Shown here in pieces: positions 36,348-47,710 of a DNA stretch of 64,000 nucleotides (position 1 is the stretch's first letter; each line of letters starts with the position of its first letter). The position numbers and the translations under genes are program-made. The stretch is from Orbicella franksi (lineage: Eukaryota). The stretch covers positions 16,120,001-16,184,000 of the forward strand of contig OZ116705.1 of assembly GCA_964199315.1 (NCBI GenBank), written 5' to 3'. Under the pieces are notes generated by a model. It saw only the letters and a list, made by a program, of their open reading frames with translations, searched no databases and was not told the DNA's origin.

Positions 36348-39300
36348 TCACTTGGCGTGTTCGTCAAGATTCTTTGCCTTAGACTTGGTGAGTAATGCAA
36401 AAGGACTTTCGGGACAATCCCAGGCGATCGCAGCGATAAAAGCAAACAGTGCTGCATCTGCTAGACAAGGCTTCTCTCCAAACAGGAATTTCTTGTGGCC
36501 CAAAATTTCTGAAACCGCAAGCAAATCTTTCTCTCCTATTCCATACACATCAGGCTCCGAGTGTCGACCAACGCCATGCGCCCACAGATCCTTTTTGCAT
36601 TTTCTTTGCCACATGTAAAATACCAGATGTTTTACTGGAAAGACAAGATGGCCGAACCACCTCTCTCGGAGGACTGGTGCATAGTCAGAACACCAACGGA
36701 AGTATACCATGGTCCTGTCGACGGGCGTAACAATCAAAAAGAATATGGGATGAGTTAATCGTCCTCAAATTCTAAACTGGGGACTACTTATCCTGCAAGT
36801 TGTCTTTTCCAGATGTTTTGGAACTTGAACAAATATTTACTTTTCATTTAAAGATGACTATTTTATAATACATAGAAAAAGGCGAAATGTTCAAACGTTC
36901 ACGATTTACGATTTATTCCCGGAAAATTGCCAGATGGACCTGACACTTCCTGGAGGTAAATCGTCTTTTGCTAACCTTCAGAAATTAAGGAAGATTTTTC
37001 CGATATCTTCCAAAAATGAAAACGAGAAGTTTGCTGAAGTTGGTAGTAGAATTGTATCATTCTAAGGCGGCCCTCCTGAGGCGGCCATAGAAGTTAACAT
37101 ACTTTCTCGATTAAAAGCTGGGGCCCGAATAAATGCCGGTGTCCCAGTTAGATTCCTAAATAGTTAAGACCCTCGAGGAATTTATAATCAAGACATAATA
37201 AACTTTAGGTATAAGTATAAGATATTTTGCTCTCAAAAATACCGAATGAAAACTCGAATAACCTCCCGGCTCGAATAAACTGCAAAAGTCAAATAAATCC
37301 CTGGCCCTGATCCCGAGTTTGAAATAAACGCCGGGGGCGTTTAATCGAGAAAATGCGGTACAATCAATTTGAACGACCGTAATGACCGAAATAAGTTGTT
37401 GAGAGCTTAACAGTATCTAAAAGTTCGTTGTTGGAAGAGATCATTTGCAAAATTTGATATGATTTCTATCTATGAACCCAGTCCATGGATCACCCTTGTT
37501 GACCTAGTCTCTGGACCACAGTTCAACGACCATCCCGCTGGATCCATTCCATAGACTGCCTATGTAAATCCAGTTCACGGACACACTCTGTGGACCCAGT
37601 CCCTGGACCACAGTGATGACAGTTCAAGGACCATCCCACTGGATCCATTTCATAGACTGCCTATGTGAACCTAGTTCAGGGACCAACACTGCAGACCCAG
37701 TCCATGGGCCACCCCTGTTGACCCAGTCCATCGACCACCCCCGTGGATCAATTCCATCGACGACCCGTGAGGACCTATAGTCGATAAACCACTTTGTCCG
37801 ACCCATAGAACACCTAAAGTTTATCTATGATTTCCGAAGGGAAATTTTACCTGTCAGTGTGAAGGGTGGACCGTGGACTGTGGCAAGGGTATAAGTACAT
37901 GTAAGCAATAATTGTAGATGATCAAATGATTTTGAGTGCAATTTGGAATAAATAAGCACAAGTAAATTTTCAAAGACGTCGAAGTCTTTGAAAAAGTTAA
38001 AAGTGTATTTTTTTATCCCAAATTGCGCGCGAAAAATCACTTGATTGCTTGTTAGCAATACACAATGTACATGCAATTTAATTCCAACTCTCTGCACTCA
38101 ATTTCAACATTTTGTACTGTTGGTGATAATTGACGTGCTCTCGGCCAATTAGTCTGCGGTCGGTATATTATTTTAAGCGAAATAAGTCTTTGTCCTTAAT
38201 GAACTTAATCGTTCCTATTCTATGTGGTGGCTGGTGGCTATCTTACTTGTTCAGTTCATGTACTTTGGATAAGTTACGTCATGTTTCAAAGAAAAGATGC
38301 AGGTCTTCTGCTTGTACCAGGGCGTCAGGGAAAAAATGAGCAACAAAAAGGAAGGGGTTGTGACTCAAAACGAAGACTGATCAAACCGAGATTTCAACTC
38401 AATAATAAACCTCAACATAAACCATGTTCCACCTCATCACTCTACTCGAGGCCGCGAAAGTGAAGAGGTTGGCGACCCACCCTCCCACCCAATGAGCAGG
38501 TCGGGCTTGATCTAGCTGTCCACCCCCAAATCGTTTATTCACTCCTCAGTATCGGCTCCTCGTAACTCTCCTCTTCACAATCTTTACTAAATCCATAAAT
38601 ATCCGTATCCGTATAATACTAAAACGAAAAATAATACTGTAACACAACACTGTAATAGCTTGCGTCCCTCCAATTAACAGCCACTATCGTGTAGCTTGGC
38701 CGGAAGCCCCAGTTAGCTCTTAAGAGTCTCGGCTTGATTCCCTTAGCCGGATTTCAAAATTCCACTCAGAGTTTTCCTAATTCCAGAAAATTTATCATTG
38801 GATGAGACGATCTTTCTTTTAAGTCCCACCATACGTGCAATGAAGAGCTTCGAATAGGGATTTCACCTACACAGTAGTTAAATGATAACGACAAAAACTA
38901 GGAAGTCTAATTGTACCGGGGCTCCAGACCAAGAGGGAGCGACTTCAAAGCGTCTGATTGCGGAACGTCTAGTGGCTACCGAGATATGCGGTATACCAAC
39001 AGGAGTTACTCACCCTGATCGCTACTCTAGTTCTAACTGAAGAAAATCACAACACCAGACACAGGTACAAATTCGCCATACCGGCGAGCCTCTCAAGAAT
39101 ATATCAGTACAAAAAAAAAATCACCACGCAGAAAAGCCCGTTAGGCATTATCAGAACAAAGAATTCGCCAAGCAGGCAGGCCACCCAGTAATTATCAATT
39201 CAAAGTTACTACGCTGGCACGCCTCTGATACAAAATTAGCCACGCAGACAAACCACACAGGCGTTATCAGTTTAAAAGCCACGCCGGCGAGCTACACAAA

Positions 39301-42300
39301 TATTATCAGTTCAAAGGCACTTAAGGTGGTATGGTACACTCAAATGGACCAAAGAGTTTGTTTAAATATGGTGAAGAAAGATCAATTGTGTGCTATTGCA
39401 CTCAAGAAGAGAAATGAAATTTCTAGAGCTTTACTCAAAATGGTTGCTATGGAAACCAGCCACAGCCTTTTGAAGTAGTGTTTTATAGTATTGACGTCAA
39501 CACTTCCTGCTCTTTTACAAAACAAGATTTGACTGTCAAATAAGCATATCGTGTAAGTTTCTGTTTTGTTCTGTGCAATGAACCTAAGTTTTGACGGTTA
39601 ACTCTTATTTTCAGGGCTTTTTTACAGGCTTTATTTGGAAATAACCTTATTTTTACCACACCCAGTGGACAAATCATCTCATGTCACGTGACAGACGTTA
39701 AAATGTTACGATTTTTTTGGTTTAAAACATCACGACACTATTGGTCTTTGATGAGCCCAAGTTTCGGGAATTCTCCCTTTAAGTAGAAATGTTGGCGCGA
39801 AGTCAGTCGGTACAAAAGTAAACTTTTGAGAAAAATGCACTTTAAGTTTCTTACGCGAAGTATTAAGCATTTAACGAGCCACAAATAGCAGGGGGGTGCA
39901 GACTGGATCTCGGGGGAGGGGGTGGAATGGTTGTTCTATTTTGAAAAAGTTACCGCAGTTGTGGGAAATATTCCTTTTCATAAGGGAAATGAATGAGCCT
40001 GTGATGGCAAAGCTTTTTACAACTAATCATACCAATCGAATTGTTCATGTCTTTGAAGTTTTTTCTAAATAGTTTCGTTCATATTTGTTAAAACTAAACT
40101 ATATTTTTGGTCACGTTCCTATAGCAAACAGTGGTTGCCATGGCCGTTACTACGTGAAAAAACTTATACCACTGTGTACTTTCCTTAAATTTCACACTCA
40201 TCTCGAAGAAAATTCGGCAAGATCGTTTCAGAGTTTTTTTGACAAGTCCTCAAGGGTGTTAAGTCTGGTATTTCCAAGAAATTGAGTTTTTCATGAACAT
40301 CGCCATATATAAGGGTACCATATCCCCTTAACGCCGGCAAAACCTCGCAGGCAATAACAAGAAAACATGCCACACAGGCAAGCTACACAGGATCTATCAG
40401 TTCAAAAGCCTACAACTATAACAGGGCAACCACGATGCAGTGAGCCACAACACAGTGAACCACAACACTGTGAACTACAACACAGTGAAGTACAACAGGG
40501 CCCGGGGGTACTCCTAGAATTTTTTCTTTTTTTGGGGGGGGGGAGGGGGAGGTGTGGCCCGTTTCCCAAAACCCTTACCCTTATGACCAAATCTGCAATT
40601 TTCCCTACCCTATTTATAAACCTGACCAAAAATTCGATACCCTGTTTAGGGACTGTGCATTATGGGGGGGCATAAAAGAGAATGACAACAAGAGAGAGGG
40701 GGAAATTTAATATGTGTGGGAATGCCTTGTTTGAAAGAAGACCATGTTCGTACTTCCTTGAGTACCTTAAGTTTTCCTGCACTCCAACGTGCGACGGATG
40801 CCTTAATGAAGGTTGGACAAGAGGCGTCAGTACCGTAGTACCTGTCTTTATTTCCTCTCAAAACAAACGTCGAAAACTCACAGTTCACAATGGGCTCAAG
40901 CTCAAAAGGTACATATCGACCGCACGGCCTCGGTAGAGGAACAAAGTCACAACAACTTGAATAGAACTCTTCGCTTCCATCAAAGGCATACGTGTGTGAA
41001 TGTATACGAAAGAGTGAGGTTTTCTGAAAATTACTAAAAGGTATTAAGTTCCAAATGCTTCTTTGAATAGCAAAGGCGAAATGTTAACTTACCGAACTGT
41101 TTGCTTCGAGCTAAACGAACAGCACAATAACAACTTTTGACAAACTCCTGCGATTCAAAAAACTCGCTTACTTGAACACATGGTGACTAAAGTCCAATGG
41201 TCACATCACATGACCGACAAAAAATCTCCCAAGAGGAGTCGGGAGTGACAAGAGGTGTCTCAGTCCAACGTTCTCCAGTTCCAACCCTAGATGCCACTTC
41301 GCCTGGAAAGTATTTACCATTCACTAAGGCAACGTCCACTGGAGACCAGATCGACAAGTTTCTCCTAATTGTCCAGATAAAGGGATTGTTCAACGAGGGA
41401 AAATTGCCCTCTTCATTTGAAGTGATCATGTACCGGAGGAAGAACTCCAACAAGTAAACTAGGTATGAGGGAATCAATGGGGGAGACTTTTTCAAGGGGG
41501 AGGGGGGGGGGGAGAGGTTTAGCCTTAATATTTTCATTATGTGAGCGGGGGGGGGGAGGGTTGAAATTAATTTTTGCTTAATGGGAAGGGGGTGTGATAG
41601 ACTACGAGTAGTCCCTCTTTCGCTTAGTCCGTCGTGCGTGACGCGAAAGAAAACCGCGAGAAAAAAATGGCCGCGCGAAATCCTGGAGGCGAGGAGCACG
41701 CGAAAGGAGGGACTACCGCCTAAGCTCAAGAGTTTGAATTATGCGTTGCTCTCACAACGCAAAAATATGATTGGCTTATGTTAGGAGCGTTGACAACGTG
41801 TTGTCAACATTCGAGATACCTGTGACGTCTTGCAGGAATGTTTTGGAACCGGAGCAAATCGAAGCGGTACCAGAGCAAATCGAAGCGTTGGAATCGCGCT
41901 TCGCAAGCCGTGATGTTCTTGCGAATCTGCCAACAGGCGCTTTGGAAAGATTTAAATTTATCCAGTGTTTTGTTTGGCAAAGCTTTCTGCCTCCACCCCG
42001 ACTGCGAGCGTGTTAGTGATTTCGCCGCTCAACAGCATCGTCTAAGTCAGCGAATATAAATTCACTGAGCTTGGCCTTTCTGCCGTCCATTTGAAAGATT
42101 GAACCGGACTCTCACTTGACACCGGACATTCACCTGAAATTGGATGATCTCCTATGTATAATGTATAATGTATAATGTAAATTCTCGGTTGAAACTCTGT
42201 TTCAACCAAGAACTCTGCAATAACTTTTAAACTCTGCAATAGCTTTTAGACGCAGCGAAAATCGTTACAACAGGCCTCATTCACCGTCTTCTTTTTAAAA

Positions 42301-43212
42301 CTTCTTTGACAGTTTCGCTGAACGAGCACTGAACGAAGATATACTTCTCACGGCATATGTTTTTGCCTGGCTACTTGAAGAGTAGAGTAGAGCGATTTTA
42401 TTCAGATTTCCCAGGGCTATTGATAACAGGCGATAATAAGAGGACGTCAAGATGAGAAACCCTACACCAAAAAATCACTCGGCCGTGAAAGGGCAAACTC
42501 TTGGGCTTAGGCGGTAGTCCCTCCTTTCGCGCGCTCCTAGCCCCCAGGATTTCGCGCGGCCATTTTTTTCTCGCGAATTTCTTTCGCGTCACGCACGACG
42601 GACTAAGCGAAAGACGGACTACTCGTAGTCTAGGGGTGTGACTTAGTGTTGGGGCATACTTCACCCATTTCCCAGCCTCCCCGCCCTCCAGGTAATTATT
42701 GCACAGTCCCTTATGACAGTTGCGGCTGACACAGTTGCCCTAAACATAGGTTTTGAAGGGCTTTTGCTTATGGTCTTATCGATAATGATGAAAAAGTGCC
42801 AGTTCTTTTAAACAACATACCCAATTCAAGACTACAGTGCAAAAACCATACCCTATTTATTACCAAAACGGCTGAAAACCATACCCTTTGGGGCCGCACG
42901 CACCTAACCACGATAAGTGAACCACAACACAGTGAGCCACAACTTACAATGAAAAAGGAAACAATGTTATTGTTTAGAACTCCGGCAGAAATGTCCCAAT
43001 AATAAGGAAGTACGAATGTTTCTATTGCTTATTATGTTAAATTTGTACTTGCTGCCATATGAGATTGTTATTTCAAGCGTGTTCGACCAGGGAAATAGGC
43101 CAGAGGTCACACCAGACGTTCTCTCAGCAGATTACGTGCTCTAAAGTGGTACTATGACGAAAATCGCATCTTTCTTATCAAAACGAGTTTTAAACGTAAA
43201 CAAGTAATCTGT

Positions 43213-43251
<39 letters not shown>

Positions 43252-43345
43252 GTTTCGTTCCAGAAATATTCCAGTTCTTAAAATATGCAAATTAGTCAAG
43301 TGATGACGTCATACACTCAACCAAATTTGATCAAATATGATGAAG

Positions 43346-43378
<33 letters not shown>

Positions 43379-44534
43379 TTGATTCTTTGCAGCAGTAAAA
43401 TTCTGCTAAATGTGTTCCACAATACGGGCTTAACAGTTTTGTTTCCATGGCAACGTACTGGGTTCCTGACTTCCCCAATATTAGAATCAAACCAAGTGAA
43501 GCGTACGCCTCAAGGTTACATTAATGAATTGGTTATTTGAATATTAAACCCGCTAGTCGTTTCAAGAATGCAATAATGAATTGATTATTGGAAAACTGAA
43601 CCCACTAGTCGTTCCAAGAATACGGCTAATGGGTTTAATGTTAAAAAAGAGTCAATTTAATATTGATTTTGGAACTCACAAGCGATCTACAGCGATATTG
43701 ATATATCAATTAACAATGCAAATTGATTTTGCATAGTTCTTTACCCATGAAGTACTGTGCACATGTGCATAACACATTCAGTTTTTTTAGAACTCATTGC
43801 TCAGTATCAGTAGTAAAAATCAAAACAGGTCGAGTGTTCCACCAAAATAAGCTTGATGATTATTCGTAAATTATGATTGCTGTAAAAATTTGCGCTGTGT
43901 CACGCGCGAGTTGGCTTAAAAGCTGGTTCATTCTGTGTTTTACAAACCAAGCTAAAATTTTCCCATGGACCAGGTCCACGAAATGGATCATGTTTTGACC
44001 CCCTATCTCTTGTGTTGTGTGACAGTCATGCACTAAAGTCTTTACAACAACTATCACAAAACCCACAGCATAATAACCAGGAAAACGACCAATGTAAAAA
44101 CTTAACACCTACCAATAAGTGTTTTCCTCCAACATGGTTCGTACACTGTGAGCTATGGCTTTCTCTTTGGCGCTCAAATGAGAATCAATATCCACTTGGA
44201 ATTCTTTGTTTAGAAACTGAATGCAGAAATTTGAGTCAGCAACTTCTTGTCCATTGAGCTCGATCCATGGCATTTTCCCTTTTCTGGAAAACATTAAACC
44301 ATATTCATTTTCGTACGGGATCTTTGTCATGCGAAGGAAAGTTTCCAACTTTAAGCACGGAGGACTTGCACTCACCACCACATCGTACGGCGCAAACTGA
44401 TGTAGGACAACTGTTCCTAAATTGGTGGACTTCTCGCACTTTTGTCCCTTTGGAAGTCGCTTCAAGAGAAGATAAATGACAACAAATGCAAGTGCAGCGA
44501 TGCCAACATATGGAACAGACGCTGAAATCTCCAT
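36348..44534 (-). CDS. FAXC: FAXC-like (failed axon connections / metaxin-like GST) copy A, two exons, with a premature stop removing the last ~21 aa
   Basis: Exon 1 is 44534-44113 (TM anchor YVGIAALAFVVIYLLL, LHQF, SPPCLKLETFLRM, KGKMPWIE, DSNFCI, MLEENTYW). Exon 2 starts at 36714 (gacag|G). TGA at 36350-36348 interrupts ..HAK*MKELYYPDWDEIISKKHKSG, whose paralog-equivalent stop is at 36287-36285. Family-level symbol, not proven orthology. Confidence 0.82.
37097..37358. mobile_element. Degenerate MITE with ends like the 6517-7472 element
   Basis: Right end tttaatcgagaaaatgcgg|TA. Left remnant tactttctcgattaaa. Internal CGAATAAA repeats. Confidence 0.55.
37478..37800. repeat. Imperfect short-unit tandem array (acccagtccatgga-like) with a ~105-bp internal duplication
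   Basis: Recurrent acccagtcca/ctggaccacag motifs. gaccatccc.ctggatccatt.catagactgcctatgt occurs twice. Confidence 0.7.
39325..40327. mobile_element. TTAA-specific (piggyBac-like) non-autonomous element
   Basis: TTAA|ggtggtatggtac ... gtaccatatcccc|TTAA. It splits a unit of the surrounding degenerate tandem array. Confidence 0.75.
40438..40497. repeat. 15-bp minisatellite (cagtgagccacaaca) x4, resuming at 42915-42943
   Basis: Direct reading of the sequence. Confidence 0.85.
40649..42710. mobile_element. PIF/Harbinger-type non-autonomous element inserted into a CCCGGGGG-ended MITE (halves ~40501-40648 and 42711-42905)
   Basis: TTA|gggactgtgca ... tgcacagtccc|TTA, a 3-bp TTA TSD. The host MITE's ccctattta(t)-type motifs continue across the insertion. 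Confidence 0.8.
41598..42632. mobile_element. AcademH-like non-autonomous DNA transposon
   Basis: ~139-bp TIRs starting TAGACTACGAG and ending CTCGTAGTCTA. Perfect 9-bp TSD ggggtgtga (41589-41597 and 42633-42641). Internal decayed RecQ-type helicase start (EQIEAL...RDVLANLPTG, then frameshifted FGK). Confidence 0.75.
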
Positions 44535-45982
44535 GGTTGTTACTTTTCCGGAAGGCCGAAGTGCGCGTGAAGAGTCCCACGTCCTTGTCACGCAGCCACA
44601 GAATCATTACAGTAATTTGCATCTGCCGAGTGTCGATATCGATGTCACTAATCAAGCATGACTTAGAGTATTAAGAAATGACTTTGATGAAAGACCGTAC
44701 ACCGGAATCAAGAGAGCGGCGGAAATCGAGTCTAACTAGCATGAGTGCACGAGACTAGGGTCGGGTTCTATTGGGATTAACCGTTTTAATCGCAACCGCT
44801 TTGGGATGATACGGTTGACGTTTCTCAATGGAACACTTTTCCAACCCTTTTCGGTTGAAACGAGGTAACTCCTGGGAATGCTCTTTCCACCGTTTCAACC
44901 TACTTTGAGGCCGGTATAGCAAGTCGATCAACCAAACCAACCGAAAACGATTTTTTTTCCAATAGAACACGAAAAGAACCCACCCAACAAGAAATATAGT
45001 TGATCCTCATAGAACACGACCGAGGGGTAATCAGGGAAATGGGTTTAATTGGTGCTCTAGCCGCTGTAAGCTTGCAATGATTGGCTTTGTATGTGTTATA
45101 TCTTCAGACTCTCGATTGCAGACCTGTACCGTGCAGAGATCAAGACGGGAACTTGGAAGAAGATGTCTAACAGTTCAGACAAGTGAACAGGTCATACAAA
45201 CTTCATCAAGAAAGCCGGGTCTGGATCTAAAGATGCTGATCGATTCTTTCGTACACTTATCTTCCATTTTGAGGACGTTGTAGCATTGTTTTTCTTATTT
45301 TGATTAGTTTGAGTCATCTTTGGAAAACTCGAAAATTCCAAGATGTGGTGGCTGTTTATTGTATATATATATATTAGCTTACACAAATTTGACGTCATCG
45401 TCTTATTTTGGTTACCTTGAAGGCAACATTTTAAGCCCTCTAAGTTAAATTAACAGTTCTAAAATATTTTTGAGGTTCCGGCCGGATCGGTAGAATATTC
45501 GCGAATATTTTTGAACTTCCGAAGGGAGATTCCCCATTTGTTGAAGAGATAAGAAAAAAAAAAAATAAAAAAGTTCTGTCCAAAGAGGAATAACTAGAGT
45601 TACGTAACAATCCTAGGGGAGCACAGCGATGAAAGCAAAATATCGCTGCATCAGCTACTAGGCTAGGTAATTAAGTTTTCTGCAAACAAAAGCAATTTTG
45701 TGGTTTAAGATTCCGAGACCTCAAACAAATCTCTCTACCCGTTTCCATATACTATGCTTTTGTAACAGTGGTAGCCTCATGAAAATCGTAAGTGGGAAAA
45801 TCAGGACCGATAGACTATACAGCTGAGTGTCAATCATCTAGTGAGATCTAGCTATAAATGAAAAAAAATAAAAAATAAAAAAATAAATAAAAAATAAAAT
45901 AAATAAAGTCGCGGATAGAAGGAATATATATACGTCCATGATTCAATACGTTTAATATGTTTTTTTCAAATATCACCTCTGT

Positions 45983-46392
45983 ACAAAATGATCCAAAATG
46001 TTTTAATAAATACATTTATTTATGAATAAATGAATAAAGACACAATTAATTCTAGAGAGGAACGCCAGCATTTCAATCACTTATAAAATGATCCAAAATG
46101 TTTTAAATAAATACATTTATTTATGAATAAATGAATAAAGACACAATTAATTCTAGAAAGGAACACCAGCATTTCCATCACTTATAAAATGATCCAAAAT
46201 GTTTTAAATAAATACAGTAATTTATGAATAAATGAATAAAGGTACAATTAATTCTAGAAAGGAACGCCAGTATTTCAATCACTTATAAAATGATCCAAAA
46301 TGTTTTAAATATATACATTAATTTATGAATAAATAAATAAAGACACAATTAATTCTAGAAAGGACCGGAACGCCAGTATTTCAATCACTTAT
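45983..46392. repeat. ~101-bp tandem repeat x4 forming the proximal 3' flank of FAXC copy B
   Basis: aaaatgatccaaaatg recurs at 45985, 46085, 46186 and 46287. The array ends at the stop codon of copy B. Confidence 0.9.
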
Positions 46393-47710
46393 AGATTCCT
46401 TGAAATGATTTTATCCCAGTCTGGGTAATACAGTTCCTTCATTCTCCGAGCGTGGCTTTCAAGATTTTTCGCTTTAGACTTTAAGAGTACATCAAATGGA
46501 CTTTCTGGACAGTCCCAGGCGGACGCAGCAATGAAAGCAAACAGTCCCGCGTCTGCTAGACAAGGCTTTTCTCCAAACAGGAATTTCTTTTCGCCCAAAA
46601 TGTCCGAGACCGCAAGCAAATCTCTCTCGGCTATCCCGTACAGATCTTGATCCGAGTGACGCCCGATGCCTTGAGACCAAAGGTCTTTTCTGATCTTGCT
46701 CTTCACGCGGTGCACCAGAAGGTGTTTGAGTGGAAAGAAAAGATGACCAAACAACTTTGCGAACAATTTCTTCCGTATGCTCGCTCCGTAGTCAGACAAC
46801 CAGCGGCAGTGAACAAGGGCCCTGTGAATGGACATTAAAACAGACCGGTAAACATCAATTCTCGGGTCCATGCGGCCATTGAAAATAGAAACTGCTCTCC
46901 AATAGCTTTAAAAAGCAGGCGAACGATCCATAAACATACAGGAAATTATGTCGTTTCCCTTCTTGTGTTATCCTTAACACTCGGCTAGTTATCAGCCGCA
47001 TATCATGAAAATAACCAAACTTAAGTTTCAGACGATAAACTCATGTAAGACGCGGGAGAACGTGATAGTACCCAATGATGCATGAACTATACTTTTCATA
47101 GTTGGGTTGTCATACAGAACCATGAAGATAACAAGGTTAGCCGGTATCTCGAGAAAACCCAAACAACTTTAATTTCAAAGTCGTAGGTTGGGCTAGGCTA
47201 GCCATTATTCTCGGGTTTTTCCCACCCTCCCGCTGTTACGATCGACCCCACTGACAGAGAACCTGGAACTAGCTAAAGGCAGACTTCTATTTCAAACTGG
47301 CGTTTTATTATTCTACATGTACCCCCGGCCTTAAATCGAGAAAGTGCGACATACACCTACCAATAAGTGTTTTCCTCTAACATGGTTCGGACACTGTGAG
47401 CAATGGCTTTTTCTGTGTTGGTCAAATGAGAATCGATATCCACTTTAAACTCCCTCGTCAGAAACCGGATACAAAAATTAGAATCAGCAACTTCTTGCCC
47501 GTTGAACTCGATCCATGGCATTTTTCCCTTCTTGGAAAACTTCAAGGCATAATCATTTTCGTACGGGATCTTTGCCATGCGAAGAAAAGTTTCCAGCTTT
47601 AAGCATGGTGGAGAACCGTTCACCGATAAATCGGTTGGAGCGAACTGATGTAGAACGGCTGTACCAGGCTTAATGGATGTCTTCTTCTTGCTCTTCTTTG
47701 AAATCTGCAT
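46389..47710 (-). CDS. FAXC: FAXC-like copy B, 260 aa, apparently without an N-terminal TM anchor
   Basis: Exon 1 is 47710-47361 (TG|gtaggt) and exon 2 is 46821-46389 (tcacag|G), with an intact frame. In-frame TAG at 47734-47732, 7 codons upstream of the ATG. Family-level symbol. Confidence 0.85.

Noticed and set aside
36348-36350. In-frame TGA as selenocysteine
   Set aside because: Paralogs have Arg, not Cys, at this position; it is far from the GST active-site region; and I recognised no SECIS.
41187-41729. 180-aa minus and 86-aa plus ORFs inside the Harbinger element
   Set aside because: The minus ORF runs through a TIR and poly-C tracts. The plus ORF has no motif I can assign. A BLASTx search would be needed to revive either.
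45983-46392. CRISPR-like array (also 37478-37800 and 40438-40497)
   Set aside because: Head-to-tail repeats without unique spacers, in eukaryotic context, with no cas genes.
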